DNA from: Lingula anatina
Lineage: Eukaryota > Animalia > Brachiopoda
DNA length: 64,000 nucleotides
Assembly: GCA_051362555.1 (NCBI GenBank)
Contig: CM120642.1
Span: forward strand, 11,470,001 to 11,534,000
Direction of reading: 5' to 3'
The translations under genes and the position numbers were made by a program. Positions 23,901 through 37,900 of the stretch are shown here, in pieces. The notes under the pieces are model-generated. The model was given only the letters and a program-made list of their open reading frames with translations, had not been told where the DNA came from and made no database searches. Position 1 is the first letter of the stretch, and the number at the start of each line of letters is the position of its first letter.

Positions 23901-26900
23901 ATTAAAGGAGCGAGGCACTCTGTCTGACCAGTTGTACAGGTATGCAGCAGAGGAGTCACAGTCCACCTCACAACAGATGACCACCACCACAGAAGACGAG
24001 ACCACAGATGAGACGGAGGAGTCTGCCTCTGTTCTCAGCAGTAATCTCGGGGCCTATGGAGACGATCCTGAAATACAGGAGAAGGTCAAGTAAGTACAAA
24101 CGGAGATGTGCAATGTGAAACATAATGTAGAAGCAAGAAGTAGTCACATTTTTTGAGCAAAAGACAAAAAGCATGGCAATTGGTAGAAATTCAAACAATT
24201 TTTAAAGATGACACATGTTGATGGGAAAGATGTTTTTAGAAAAAATTGTTTTTAGAAAAAATGTTATGATTTGACTTTAAACATGTTTAGTGCAATAGTC
24301 AGTATGATGTCCAGTTAATGTTGTTATGATGTAGAAAACTGAAGTTTGCAGTGACTTACCTAACTTTATATACCAAAAAGCTGTTGCTTGTATAATAATT
24401 CTTTGTACATATCAATAAAACCATATCACCTTTCTCTATATTATAGAAAACTGAAAGCTGCCAAAGAAAAACTGAAGAGACTCCAGCAGCTGGTGGCCAT
24501 GGTCCAGCAGTCCCCTGAGGCTGCCCAGGTCCTCCCAGATGACCTGGCCGAGCTGGCGGCCAGCATTGATGACCTGGAGGATGGGGACACCTCTGTTATG
24601 TCCTCCCAGGCCACACAGACACAGGACGAGGATGGACAGGACTATGGGACCATGGCCAGGATGGAAGAGAGGTAGAGATCTGCTTTGATGACTCAACCTC
24701 TTTTGACAGTGTTTATAATTTGTTTTTTGTTTGATAGAGAAGTCATGTAGTTAAATGGTTTTCAGAAAGGTGCTTAGTTTTAACTTTGAATATGGATTGT
24801 TTTGTGATCATGATTTGAACCAGCAGTGTTTTTTTTTTATATTAAAGCACACTCATTGGTAATTTATTTTGTCATTGTTGTTTTTTCTGTTTTGTTGTTA
24901 AGTTATTCTCTACTAGTTGCAAGAATTTTTATTTCTAAACCAAACCCTTAATTATTATTGTACCACCAGCGTTAGCGCTGGCGGTACACATGGTTTCGGT
25001 CTCGTCCGGATCGTTCCGCCGGCTCCGCCGGCTCCGCCGGACGGCTACCGTTACCGCTTCTCCTCCTAGACGGTAAGGCCCCCCATACCCATCTCATGGA
25101 TTTAGGTCACCTATAATCTCAACTCGTTCCACGTAAAATTTGGGCTTTGTCGGTATTGGGGTCTGGGTGTGGCACTCATTGCAATGCACCCTTGTCCAAA
25201 AATGGCAAAATTAAATGCTAATTATCTACCCTACGGAAGGAGTTACGGGAAAAATTTCTACAGACGGCTTTCCAAAAGTCATATGTGTAGATTTCAAATA
25301 TACCCTCGGATTTGACCTTTGACCTTTACTTCAAGGTCAAATGGGCCAAAATTTTCAAAAAAATGAAATTTTTTACGAAAAAAAATTTTTTTGCCCTGTT
25401 ATTCAGACACCACACAGACTTAACCAATAATATTATTGGAAAGTGTTACCCTTCAGGTCATCTTTCATCTCCGTGAATTTGGGGTCAATCGGTGCATTTT
25501 CACAGGAGTAGCGGCCATAAGATACCGAAACTGAAAACTGTCTCTAATTCGGGAACCGTTAATGCTAGAGACCCATTCTTTTTTGCATTTTGTAGAGCAT
25601 GTAAAGCCCAACACTGGAGGTGGTCTCGGTTTTTTTGTATTCCATACGGTTTTCGAGTTACGCTGTATCAGAAAGTACATATTGGTGGTGAAAGGAAAAT
25701 GTACGGAAGCCCACTGGTGCCATATGTAGAAAAAAAAATTATCTCGAAATTTCGAGATACTATTTTGAAATTTGAACAAAAAAATTTACCACCAGCGTTA
25801 GCGCTGGCGGTACACATGGTTTCGGTCCCGTCCGGTCCGTTCCGCCGGCTCCGCCGCCATGTTACCGTTACCGCTTCTCCTCCTAGACGGTAAGGGCCCC
25901 CGTACCCATCTCATGGATTTAGGTCACCTATAATCTCAACTCGTTCCACGTAAAATTTGGGCTTCGTCGGTATTGGGGTCTGGGTGTGGCACTCATTGCA
26001 ATGCACCCTTGTCTAAAAATGGCAAAATTAAATGCTAATTATCTACCCTACAGAAGGAGTTACGGGAAAAATTTCTATAGACGGCTTTCCAAAAGTCATA
26101 TGTGTAGATTTCAAATATACCCTCGGATTTGACCTTTGACCTTTACTTCAAGGTCAAATGGGTCAAAATTTTAAAAAAAATGAATTTTTTTATGAAAAAA
26201 AATTTTTTTGCCCTGTTATTCAGACGCCACACAGACTTAACCAATAATATTATTGGAAAGTGTTACCCTTCAGGTCATCTTTCATCTCCGTGAATTTGGG
26301 GTCAATCGGTGCATTTTCACAGGAGTAGCGGCCATAAGATACCGAAACTGAAAACTGTCTCTAATTCGGGAACCGTTAATGCTAGAGACCCATTCTTTTT
26401 CATTCATTTTGTAGAGCATGTAAAGCCCAACACTGGAGGTGGTCTCGGTTTTTTTGTATTCCATACGGTTTTCGAGTTACGCTGTATCAGAAAGTACATA
26501 TTGGTGGTGAAAGGAAAATGTACGGAAGCCGACTGGTGCCATATGTAGAAAAAGAATTATCTCGAAATTTCGAGATACTATTTTGAAATTTGAACAAAAA
26601 AAATTATCTCGAAATTTCGAGATACTATTTTGAAATTTGAACAAAAAAAAAATTATCTCGAAATTTCGAGATAGCATTTTGATATTTGAGCAAAAAAATT
26701 TATCTCGAAATTTCGAGATAGTATTTTGAAATTTGAACAAAAAAAATGCTATCTCGAAATTTCGAGATAATTTTTTTTTTCAACATATGGCACCAGTCGG
26801 CTTCCGTAAAAATGTGCAGTACGGTAATGGATAATAAATTTTGAACTCCGGAAAAATAAAACATAATGCTTGGCAAAGCAGACAACTTGTGGTCAAAAAT

Positions 26901-28895
26901 GACATTATTTTATCAAATTTAAACTTCTGCAACTTCAGAGAACCTCCCATTTCAAGAACTTTGACCAAAATGACCTTTTCTTTATTTTAATTAATTTTTT
27001 CTGTAGGAAATTTATGGCACATTATGGTAACTCCAAAATTATAACATTTAGTCCCTTATATCTCCAAAACTGGCAGAGATAGGTCCATAGTTACTATTGA
27101 AGTTGAATAGGAAGTCATATACTGGCAATCTTACTGTGACCTTGACATTGACCTTTGACCTACTTTTCACCATGAACTGAACTTTGCAAATTTTGCTTCC
27201 CTTTTATCTCCAAAACTGGCAGAGATAGGTCCATAGTTACTATTGAAGTTGAATAGGAAGTCATATACTGGCAATCTTACTGTGACCTTGAAATTGACCT
27301 TTGACCTACTTATCACCATGAACTGAACTTTGCAAATTTTGCTTCCCTTTTATCTCCAAAACTGGCAGAGATAGGTCCATAGTTACTATTGAACTTGAAT
27401 AGGAAGTCATATACTGGCAATCTTACTGTGACCTTGAAATTGACCTTTGACCTACTTTTCACCTTGAACTGAACTTTGCAAAATTTGCTTCCCTTTTATC
27501 TCCAAAACTGGCAGAGATAGGTCCATAGTTACTATTGAACTTGCATAGGAAGTCATATACTGGCAATTTTACTGTGACCTTGAAATTGACCTTTGACCTT
27601 CTTTTCACCATGAACTGAACTTTGCAAATTTTGCTTCCCTTTTATCTCCAAAACTGGCAGAGATAGGTCCATAGTTACTATTGAAGTTGAATAGGAAGTC
27701 ATATACTGGCAATCTAAATGTGACCTTGAAATTGACCTTTGACCTACTTTTCACCATGAACTGAACTTTGCAAATTTTGCTTCCCTTTTATCTCCAAAAC
27801 TGGCAGAGATAGGTCCATAGTTACTATTGAAGTTGAATAGGAAGTCATATACTGGCAATCTTACTGTGACCTTGAAATTGACCTTTGACCTACTTTTCAC
27901 CATGAACTGAACTTTGCAAATTTTGCTTCCCTTTTATCTCCAAAACTGGCAGAGATAGGTCCATAGTTACTATTGAAGTTGGATAGGAAGTCATATACTG
28001 GCAATTTACTGTGACCTTGAAATTGACCTTTGACCTACCTTACAATGAACTTAACTTTGATTGCACCATTTTTAGTTATATATATTTTTTGCATATTTTG
28101 AAAATTCTTGTTGATTGCATTTTTACAGCTTGTCAAGCACAAGACTGGTGGCTGCACCCCTTATTTTGTGTATGTGGGGGTCTATACGAATGCGCTTGCT
28201 CCAGCTGGTGGTACAATATTCGGAGGCGGTATCGCCTCTCTGATCCTCTAGTTTAAATGTCTTTTTTCATCAGCTCCAGAGACCAGTACTACCAAGCTAA
28301 GATGAAAGAACAGAAGCAAGAGCTCGATGCTCTGATGGAGGAGAGAAAGAAACTCATGGCAATACAGTACCAGTTGCAACTACTCCATGAACAGTTCCCT
28401 GATGTAAGGAAATTATAACAGCTAAGATAAATTTCAAATGAGAAATCATTATAAAGCTGAAAAAAGAAAGATGTGTAATTTTTCTCTAATTTTGAGTGAA
28501 AAGTAATAGATTTGGCTGTATTGTAAAATATGTCAGTGAGACGCCCAAGTGCCTAATAGACTGTACTTCTTTCTTGGTTTATCTTCTAAGGGCTTCACCT
28601 AGACTGTTCTTTTGTAAAAGATGGTAAGAAGATTGGTTGAGTTAAACATCAGAAAATATTTTATATTTTTGTCTTTGTTTTCTGTTCTAGGAGGAAGCTA
28701 GTCCCAACCCTGGCCATGTAAATCGCCAGGCACAATCCAAGGGTAAAGAAAGTGTAACTTTCAAAGAACCAGAACTCGAAGAAGAAGTGGGTAAGTGTGC
28801 ATGTTAAATCTGTTAAGTTACATTATTTGGTCACTGTTATAGATTTTAGACTAGCAAAAATGGTCAATAACTACTCACTTATATTATTATTATGG

Positions 28896-28930
<35 letters not shown>

Positions 28931-31900
28931 GATGATGATGATGATGATGATATAGTTAAGTATGACATATAAGTTTTCCTATTATGGGGTATTTTTTGAT
29001 GGTTTTAAAAATTGTAAACAGAAATTTTTAACTCATAATTTAAGCAAATGACAATTGGTACTTCAAATGATATGAATAAGATAACAATGACACTAACAAC
29101 TATCATAATCATATCACTGTAACTGTTGTAGTGAGCATGAATGATGAGCTTTGGGGCAAGATGCGTAAACAAAGAATGTTGCAGGAAGAACTCAGACAGA
29201 AGAAAAAGGAACTGGAAGATTTGATGAGGAAAGATAGGAATAATAAAACATATATAAGAAACCAAGATAACCAAAGTGATCTTGGGTATGGGTAATGATC
29301 ATTTCACATTATTTGTAGTAATGATTTTGACTTATTAAAATGAACAAGAAGTTGAAGATAATAGATTAATATATCCCACTTTATGTCTTTTTAATTTGGA
29401 ATTAGTGTCACCTTAATAGTATATCCACTGAAAACACAATTTTTACTTATTTAGATTTGAAAAAATTTGGAAGTATTTTTTAAGATTCACTCTTTGGAAA
29501 TGCCTTTATTATCCCTGGTGATATTATCAATTGTTTATGTTCCAGAAGTTCTTATATTATAATGTATCTTTCAGGATGAGTGTCCAGAGTGCTGGGGATG
29601 TCACCATGGCAACATGGGGAGGTTCCACTGTAGATAATCCAGAAGATACATTTGATGACTATGGACAAGATGATGATGATGATGATATTGATGATGGTAG
29701 GCACTTAGAATAAGCATGCTTAAAAACTTGATATGCTTAGACTAACTTATATGGCGGTTTAAATTCATTTGGAAAAATCTAGGTCTGATTTAAGTGAAAA
29801 AAGTGAATTTTTAATTGATTTAAGCTTCAGATGATTTAACTTTTGCTGTTTGTTGGTCAGAATTTCTAAGAGATAGAGGAGTGAAGTGTCATACACAGCA
29901 CTTTTTATAGTGTGGAATTTTGCCTGTTGATTAGGCTACCCAAGTGATGGTATAGTCCAGGTTGAGGAAGAAGAAGAGGCACGTGATGATGATGATGACA
30001 GAGGAACATACACTATTGATGAAGAATATCAGCGGAGAGAGCGTCAGAGAGGGGTGTTTGTACGACCTCCTGTGATAGATGATGAGTCACCCAGTGATGG
30101 AAGAATGAGAGGTGGAGCCAGGCCCAAATTTGACCCACAGGGTAAGTGTACAGATGAGGACTTTCATGATAAGTGTTGACATTTAATAAATACCTTTCAA
30201 GAGACTGGGTTTCTGTTTGAAGCTCTGCAGTCAAAAATAGGTTGTAGAGTACTGACTATATTCACTAAGGTTTTGCCTGTTTTAATCTTTATAAGCATCA
30301 GAATGAAGAAACATGTTGTTCTGCCTATCTTATGCTACCATACATTATTATAACATCACACTTTATCTTTTAAGATCCAAGAAACAGAAACCCATGGTCA
30401 AAGTCCCCCCTGAGCAGTGGAATATACCAGCGTGGCTGGCCAACTTTCAGTGAACAGAGGCGACAGAGAGCACAACAACAGGTGAGGGATTAGCACTGCC
30501 ACAGTGGCAGCAATAGAAAATGATATGTGAACTGTGTGTGCCTCCATAGAAAATTGGGGGATAAAAGCAGGATGCAGTTTAATAAAATTTGTATTTTGGT
30601 TTATGCACCAAATTTGTTTTATATTATATTATATTATATTTGGTTTTTAAGACTTATAAAATTCATGAAACTTATAAGTTTCATTGTTCTTTGGATTGAC
30701 TGTGAGAGAATGGTTGGTTTTGGCTCTGATACCAATCTCTCTCCAAATAACCAAACTGAGTCACTGCAAAGCCTAGACAACCAAAGAATGATGAAGGGGT
30801 GCTATTTCAGAATTACCGGTCTGCTGAGGAGATCATAAAGGAAGACGAGGATAATGTGGATGATGGCCAGCAGAGCCAGGACTATATTGTCACATTGCAG
30901 AGACAGCTAGAAAACACCAATGACATTTGTAGGACCTTACTACAAGACCAGCAGGCACTCATGGAGGCTTTGTCTACTGCAGGTATGTACAAGTTATGCT
31001 TTATGTTTAATGTAATTTCAGTGAAACCAAATACATGATAACATTCATGTAGGACCAAACTTGACAATTGTATTTTCTGAAACAAGAACATACTCATTGG
31101 CAAAAGACTTCAGGGAACTGCCCTATTTGCTCCTAATTTGCTTGTATTTTCACACAGATTTGCTCTCCTTCAACATTGATAATACCATATCTGATGGCAT
31201 CCTCAATGGTATGATGAAATATCTGGTTTTAATGATGGGAATTATACTTTTATTTTAAGTCCCACATTCATTTTATTTACTTAACAATAGCATTCACAAC
31301 TTCACTTCACCCAGCATACATTTAATTCTTCACCACTCTCATCACATATATTATAAGTTGCCGTGTTTGCTTCCAGGTATCAGCATTCCATCCAATTCCT
31401 ACAGGAAGACTGCCTACTCCGAGATGATCCACCACTACAGAGACCAGATGCAGCAGCAGCAGCTCCTGTTCAATGTGAACCAGATGTACTACCAAATGTC
31501 CCAGCAGCAGGCAGAGATACACAACCTCCACCACCAGCTACAGTCACTGCTCAGAGGAACTGGGGATGAGGGGGAAGAAGAGGAGGAGGAGCTAAGGTTA
31601 CATCCAAATAGTGTTGGACCCTGGGGGTATCCCCCAATGAGCCAGCAGCAGTCCCCCCTGCTGTATCCCCCTTACCCCATGATGAATCCGTCCCCAGTAT
31701 TTAGCCCAGACAATAGATTTAGTCCGTACGTGTCCCCTTATGCCAGTGGCATGTATCCATATTATCCAGGATTAGAGCAGCAAATGAAAGGGCAGCCTCA
31801 GAAGCTGTCCACTTACTCTGATACCATAGAGCCATCAGAGGATGAGAACCCCTTTGTCATTCCGTCCGACCCCAGGTACCGTCCATCACACCCCCCTGAG

Positions 31901-34900
31901 CCTGCACCTCCACCCCCCTCATCCCCTGTACCAAAGCTGAATTTGAGAGAGGTCCTCAAGCCAAGAAAAAGGTGAGAAAGGTTTGTTTATGGACCAACTC
32001 AAAGAAAAACTTAAGGGGAATGCTTTTGTTCTTTACTAAATCAAGCTGACATAAGTAATGGATTTATTTTGAATCTACTGGTTTTGTTTATGTTGATATC
32101 AGCTGCAGTTTATATTACAGTCTATATGTTCAGGAGACTTGTGATAAAGTATTCATTAATTGTAAAGTCTGTCCAAAATCAATTTACAGGAGGAGACAGG
32201 ATGTTGAGGATTCTGCAAGGTCAGAGTTGTCTGAGAAATCTGGGTCAGGTAAGATTGCAGTAACTGTTGTTGTTTAATAAGGTAAAACCTCATGTGATTT
32301 AACACATTGTATTAAAATGATAGCATATGTTGATCAGTGTTAATAATTGCTTCTGGCACAAACTGTGTAGACCATATTTCATTCAAGTTTTATTAAGTTT
32401 AAAAAATAAAGGGCTTCATTTTAAATTGACCTTTTTGAAAATATTTCAGCTGTGATAGGTCAAGTATACCCTACCCCTAGTCGCGCCAATGCTGCTGCAC
32501 GGTTAGCCAGTCGCCGTCAGCCTCCTCCTGAAGAATACCGTCCAGGTCTTAGCGCAAACATCAGTGGGACAGCCTTCATGGACACTGCCTCACTGTCCAG
32601 CTACATGTCCAGTCTGCCTGGTGGGGAGTCCTCTGCCAGGGAACAGAGGGCCAAAATTAACAGTGAACTGTAAGTGAAACTTTAAAAAAGAATTAAATCC
32701 ATGTATATTTTTATTTTTCTTTTGGTCAAAGGAAATCAGTTACATTCTTATCAAAAGTATAGTAATACTTTATATAACTCCTGGGTTTATGATATTTCTC
32801 TCTTTTAGTGAATCTGACACTCCCAGTGAATTCTCCCTGTTTGAGGCCCTGCGTGAGACCATCTACTCAGAAGTAGCTACTCTGATCTCCCAGAATGAGA
32901 CCCGTCCACATTTTCTGATTGAGCTGTTCCGCGAGCTCCAGATGCTGAACTCTGATTATCTCCGGCAGAGGGCGCTGTATGCCATCCAGGACCTGGTGAC
33001 ACGATTCCTGACAGAGGAGAGCGTTGATGCCAGTGAGAGCACACAAACGGTATGCAAATTTAAAACTAGTGGATCACAAAGTAAAAAGGGAGAGAGAAAA
33101 AAAAAGAATTTTAATAGTAAAAAATTAGAAGCATATGGTCTTATTTATTTCTTCTCTAAATGACAAAGCTGTTAACTTGGTTTGGATTCTGGATCTTTCA
33201 AGTGTGAGTGTCTCTTTTGAAAAAAAAAAGAAAGTCAACAACACCAGATTTTAAGTTAGATGAGCCCAGTAGTTGCATAGTTTTCACTTAATTGTAGTGC
33301 TGCCTTACATTGAGTTAAACTTTTTGGTTTAGTATTAGTTGGTCTGTTCTGTTGTAGCCTCTTCCTCCCTGGTTGCTGGTAGCTGGCGCCACTGGCGATG
33401 AGCAGACACCCAGTGAGTCTCTCATCACTTCTGATGAGGAGGAAGTCAGGGTAGGTCGTAGGTCAGAGGTCACACATCCTGAGTGTCAGAGCACTGAACA
33501 GCAAAGAATTGCAAATATACACATTAGAAAAGTGACTCAGCTCAGACTAAGTGAAAGAAACTTCACTTAAAATACATTAAGACTTCTTGATCCTCACATG
33601 GTGGTATACTGTGTGAGTCACAGGGTTGAATACCTGTGGTGACTATTGCATGCTGTTGTAAAGGTAGTTCAATCACAAGTTCTCTGACATTCAGTGGAGA
33701 TACACAATATAAGATGTGCATTCACTTTATTTCAGTGTGATGGAATTTTACTCCTCACAATATTTACTTCATTTTATTATTTTTGCACTTATTACTTATT
33801 AATCTTAAATTCTAGTTTTCTATGTGCTCAAGCATGCTTTAGATCTGTGCACAGTCCCACAATATCTCAATTTATTTAATCGTGTGTAATTTCCCCCTAA
33901 ACTCAATTGGAATTATTTGCTTCCCCAGGCTAAACTGTATGAGATGGAGATGGAAATGGCCAAAGGCAAGAGCAGTGACCGGTCAGCTGCATCACTGCAG
34001 TCAGGTTCTATCCGTAGTGACCGCTATGACTATGTGGAGAGGGCAGACACCAGCAGCACCATGTCTACCCCTCCCTCTGGCACCTATTGGGACTCCCCCT
34101 TTGCTCAAGACTTGGGAGAAACTGTGATACATTTGGATAAGGTGAACTATTTCTCTTTTTTGCTTGAATTATATGATAAACAAAGATGTATAGTGGTCAA
34201 ATAAATATGTCATTTAAGGTCAAAGACATTGAATGTGGTCATTCAAATTCGTGCCTGAATTGAAATGAAGAACAAAAGGGGGCAACACTGCGGGGCAGAA
34301 TTTGCTTGTAAACTTTTGTGGAGGGAGAGAGGGTGATTTTGAGCAGAATGCCATTGAACACTCAAACAATATCAGATATGGAGTAATGAGTAAGTTCATT
34401 GCAGTAAAAATTATATATGAAACAACCATTTCCTTTGAGGAACTAGATAAATATTGTCCTGTTTCCAGGCTATGCAGAAGGTGCGTGACTATGAACGGCG
34501 TATGCAGGAGGCTGTTGATAAAGGTCAGGCTGCCAATGTGGCTGGCCTAAAGGTGAAGGATACTTCCTCTGTTGGGACCAGTAGCTCAGCACAGGATCCA
34601 GGCAGTGAGAGCTCCATATCAGATGTGCCAGTGAGTATTCATATTGATGGCTTATATAGATTATTACTGCAAAGTGGCTGTGTCTTTCTGTTTAACTTTT
34701 TTGAGGCATAGCACAGACAGGATGTTGACTGGGCTTGATGCATGAGTAACTGAAGAATATAAGAAAATTAAAGTCAAAACGGCGAGAATTTGCAAATGAG
34801 AAAAATCTTTTTAATTCAATTATCAGCTGCAATTAGAAAAAAAAATTACTAATATGTAGCAGTTACCAGATCAAAAAAGTTGTAAATTACACTGTATTGA

Positions 34901-37900
34901 CAAAATACCAGTTGCAACAGGAAATAAGGTCTCCACTTTTATAACTCTGCATATCTGCAAATCAAAAGCATCCTAATTGTATTTTCAGTACCCTCGTATT
35001 GACACGCAGCAGTTAGACCAGCAGATCAAGAGCATCATGACAGAGGTGATCCCAGTGTTAAAGGAGCACATGGAGGACGTGTGTTCCACCCAGCTGCTGG
35101 CTTACATACAGAGGCTGGTGCTGACACTGACCAAACAGCAGGACGATGGCCAGGAGTTTGTACGCTTTTTCCACAAACAGCTTGGTTCTCTGTTGCAAGA
35201 TTCTCTGGCCAAGTTTGATGGAAGGAAGTGAGTTATTATCTGATTAAAATGTTTGCATGATGTAAATTGATGTGCATTGTTAAAAAAAGTCAAGACTACA
35301 TTATAAAACTAATGAGCATTTAAAGAGTGTAGACCACCAAAGAAAACAGTAATTTTAGAAGGGTACCAGAACAAAAACTTCTTTTAAAAATTTAAGGAAA
35401 AGGTTAAGTTGAAATTGTAGGCACTTCTTTCCATTCTGGATAACCGTCTATCAAAATTAATTTCATCTAAATTCTGTTATTACTCTCAGGCAGACAAAGA
35501 GACAAACCAACACCTATAAAAAGTATCTCCTGTTGGCAGAGTTAATAAAGGTATTATTGGTTATCCATCTATTCCAGGATGCGTGAGTGTGCTGAGGACC
35601 TGCTGGTGGACATGTCAGAGGTGTTGTTCAATGAGTTGGCATTCTTCAGACTGATGCAGGACCTGGATGAGACCACAGTGGAGGTCAGGACCAGGGCTAA
35701 GAAGTGGGCACAGGTTAGTTTGGGTACTGTACTCAGCATACACACATCTCAGCAACTCTGAACTTGGCCAACATCTGATAATTTATTTTGAAGTGCTGAA
35801 TATGTGATTTGGTTTGCTGAAGAAAATATGCAATAAAAGTTTGTTTAATTTTGTGTGTTCTTCATCAGTTTGTGAAAATTAAATTACTTTTTTGAAATAC
35901 AAAAATATTGTGGACTGAAACAAGCCATCTTTTATATTGAATATGAATATGAATATGAATGTACTTTTCTTTGGACTCTCAGGAATCTCAGACATCTACA
36001 GAGACCACTGAGGATGGCTTGCCAGACCAGGATGAGACTGAGGACAGCAGTGAGGAGGAGGAGGAGGAGGAAGAAGAGGAGGAAGAATCTGAGGATGGGG
36101 AAAACACAGCACTACACGTGTCACCTAAAGAGGAAGAGGATCTTGGCAAGGTGAATATATTTGAATATGTGCAGGTTAGAATAAGACTTAATAAGAGTTA
36201 TGAATTTGGTAGACTAAAGAGGTTTGATATAGGCAGAGTGATGCTGCTTTTTGAATAAATTAATTTTGGATTGATGTGTCAGTGCATGATTTGAAAATTT
36301 GTAATGGCAAGATGTGTAATGACTAAACGCAATCTGTTAATTATATTTGTTTTATTTCTCTCTTTAACTGATGATTGAGATATATTTGTCATGTGATTTG
36401 TTTGCCATGTGATATTTCTGTATTTCAGGCCTATGGTGATGAGGTATGTTCAGTATTACATTGTTAACATTGTTTTATATTCCAGGCTAGAGATGATGAG
36501 ATGGCCTATGCCACAGATATGGGGAGGGAAGATGATGAATCCCTGTCACAGACACCCATCAACATAGAACTGGCTGTCAGTGAGACCAAACCTTTTACTA
36601 GGTGAGAATAAAGTGAACTGTTGCTTGTAACATAACTATTTGACTATGTTTACTTCACAGTTATTGAAAATGATGATCTATATGTGGAGCAAATGTGATA
36701 AGAGTGCAATTCATGATGCATTCTTAAATGGTGGATTTTTGATACACACAGTACTATATTGGTTGGTAAATAAATTTTGATACCAAAGAAACAAACGAAT
36801 GTTGATTTTTACCTGGTTTGCTCTGACTAACCTTTGTATGTCCTATCAGGATTGGAAGTGATGAGGATGAAGACGAGGAAGAAGAGACACAAAGTGCAGA
36901 CGACCCTTCAGAGACAGCAGTATCACGAGAAGAAGAAAAGGAAAAGTCATCAGGCGAGTCCCCATCCCCGTCAGGACCAGATGCCTCACCCTCTTCCTCC
37001 AATGTCACGGTGATTGATACCACAACAGCAGGGACCTCTGGTGGTGATGTTGAGAACAGAGGCGGAGGAGATGCGGAAAATGGAGCCACTTACATGAATG
37101 GAGAGGTGAGAGGGTGTCTGTGTATTATAACCATGCAGTGTCTTTGATGTGGATATTGCCCTTTCTTTTAATGATATTGGTTCGATCTTGTATATCAGAG
37201 CATTTCTTTGAAAAATCTGATAGAAGAGTCACATTTTATTTTTATGTATCATTTGTGGAGTAGATGTAGTTTTTCAGGTAGCAGTATTGCAGTTTTCAAG
37301 ATGTTTTGAAATAAGAAGGAAGATTTTTAGAAGCTGATAAATTTACTGATTATTCTTTTTCATTCAGGTTGTTATTGCAGAAGAAGAAATAGAAATAGTA
37401 ACTGTAGATGATCTGCCCCCTAAAATGTCTGGACTGGAGAAGGTAATTCATGTTCAAATATTTATTTATATTAATACTCTATTTTTTCAATATTGCTTTC
37501 ACAGAAAAGGACAAACGTTTGAACATTTTGCAGCCATTCTGAAGATATATGGGTGTAAAAGTAATATTTGGCACAAGAATCCAGCATAAAATACCTTTAA
37601 ACAAGATCGTCAACTTTAAGTCAAATGTAAAAGACAATAATCTTGGAAAAAGACTTTCTTTAGCATAGCTGACACTCCATTTTAGCAGGCTCAGGTTGAG
37701 AACCAAGTGAATGAAGAAGCCAAGGCAAGTTCTGGCACTGCAGCAGTGTTATCCACCATGCCCTCTGGAGAGGAGGAATTGGCAGGGGACGGGGCTGCCA
37801 TCAGAGAACCGGGTATGTGTCCAGAATAACCTTTTTTACTGCCTGGATTGTATTTAGGCTTTAGGCTACCAGTTGGATAAGTCTCTCTCTACTTTTAAAG

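Larger units (their letters stand above)
24958..28253 (+). mobile_element. Composite non-autonomous Helentron-type element (HINE) in a PCM1 intron
   Basis: 5' subTIR GTACCACCAGC with nearby inverted partner GCTGGCGGTAC, then a CCGCCGGCT microsatellite; 3' subTIR GCTGGTGGTAC (28204-28213 region), hairpin GAGGCG-GTAT-CGCCTC, ends CTAGTT. The 5' 826 bp is tandemly duplicated (24961 and 25787). Confidence 0.85.

Noticed and set aside
26550-26770. CRISPR-like array of palindromic repeats
   Set aside because: Spacers are near-identical, the array lies inside TA-flanked TIRs in a eukaryotic intron, and there are no cas genes.
25465-26968. Several 60-133 aa ORFs, some duplicated
   Set aside because: They lie in the duplicated HINE/MITE sequence and have no recognisable domain; the duplication explains the repeated peptides.
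36754-37089. Ser/Pro-rich minus-strand ORF, and similar antisense ORFs at 24436, 31322, 42160 and 42802
   Set aside because: Antisense shadows of real PCM1 or BTB exons.
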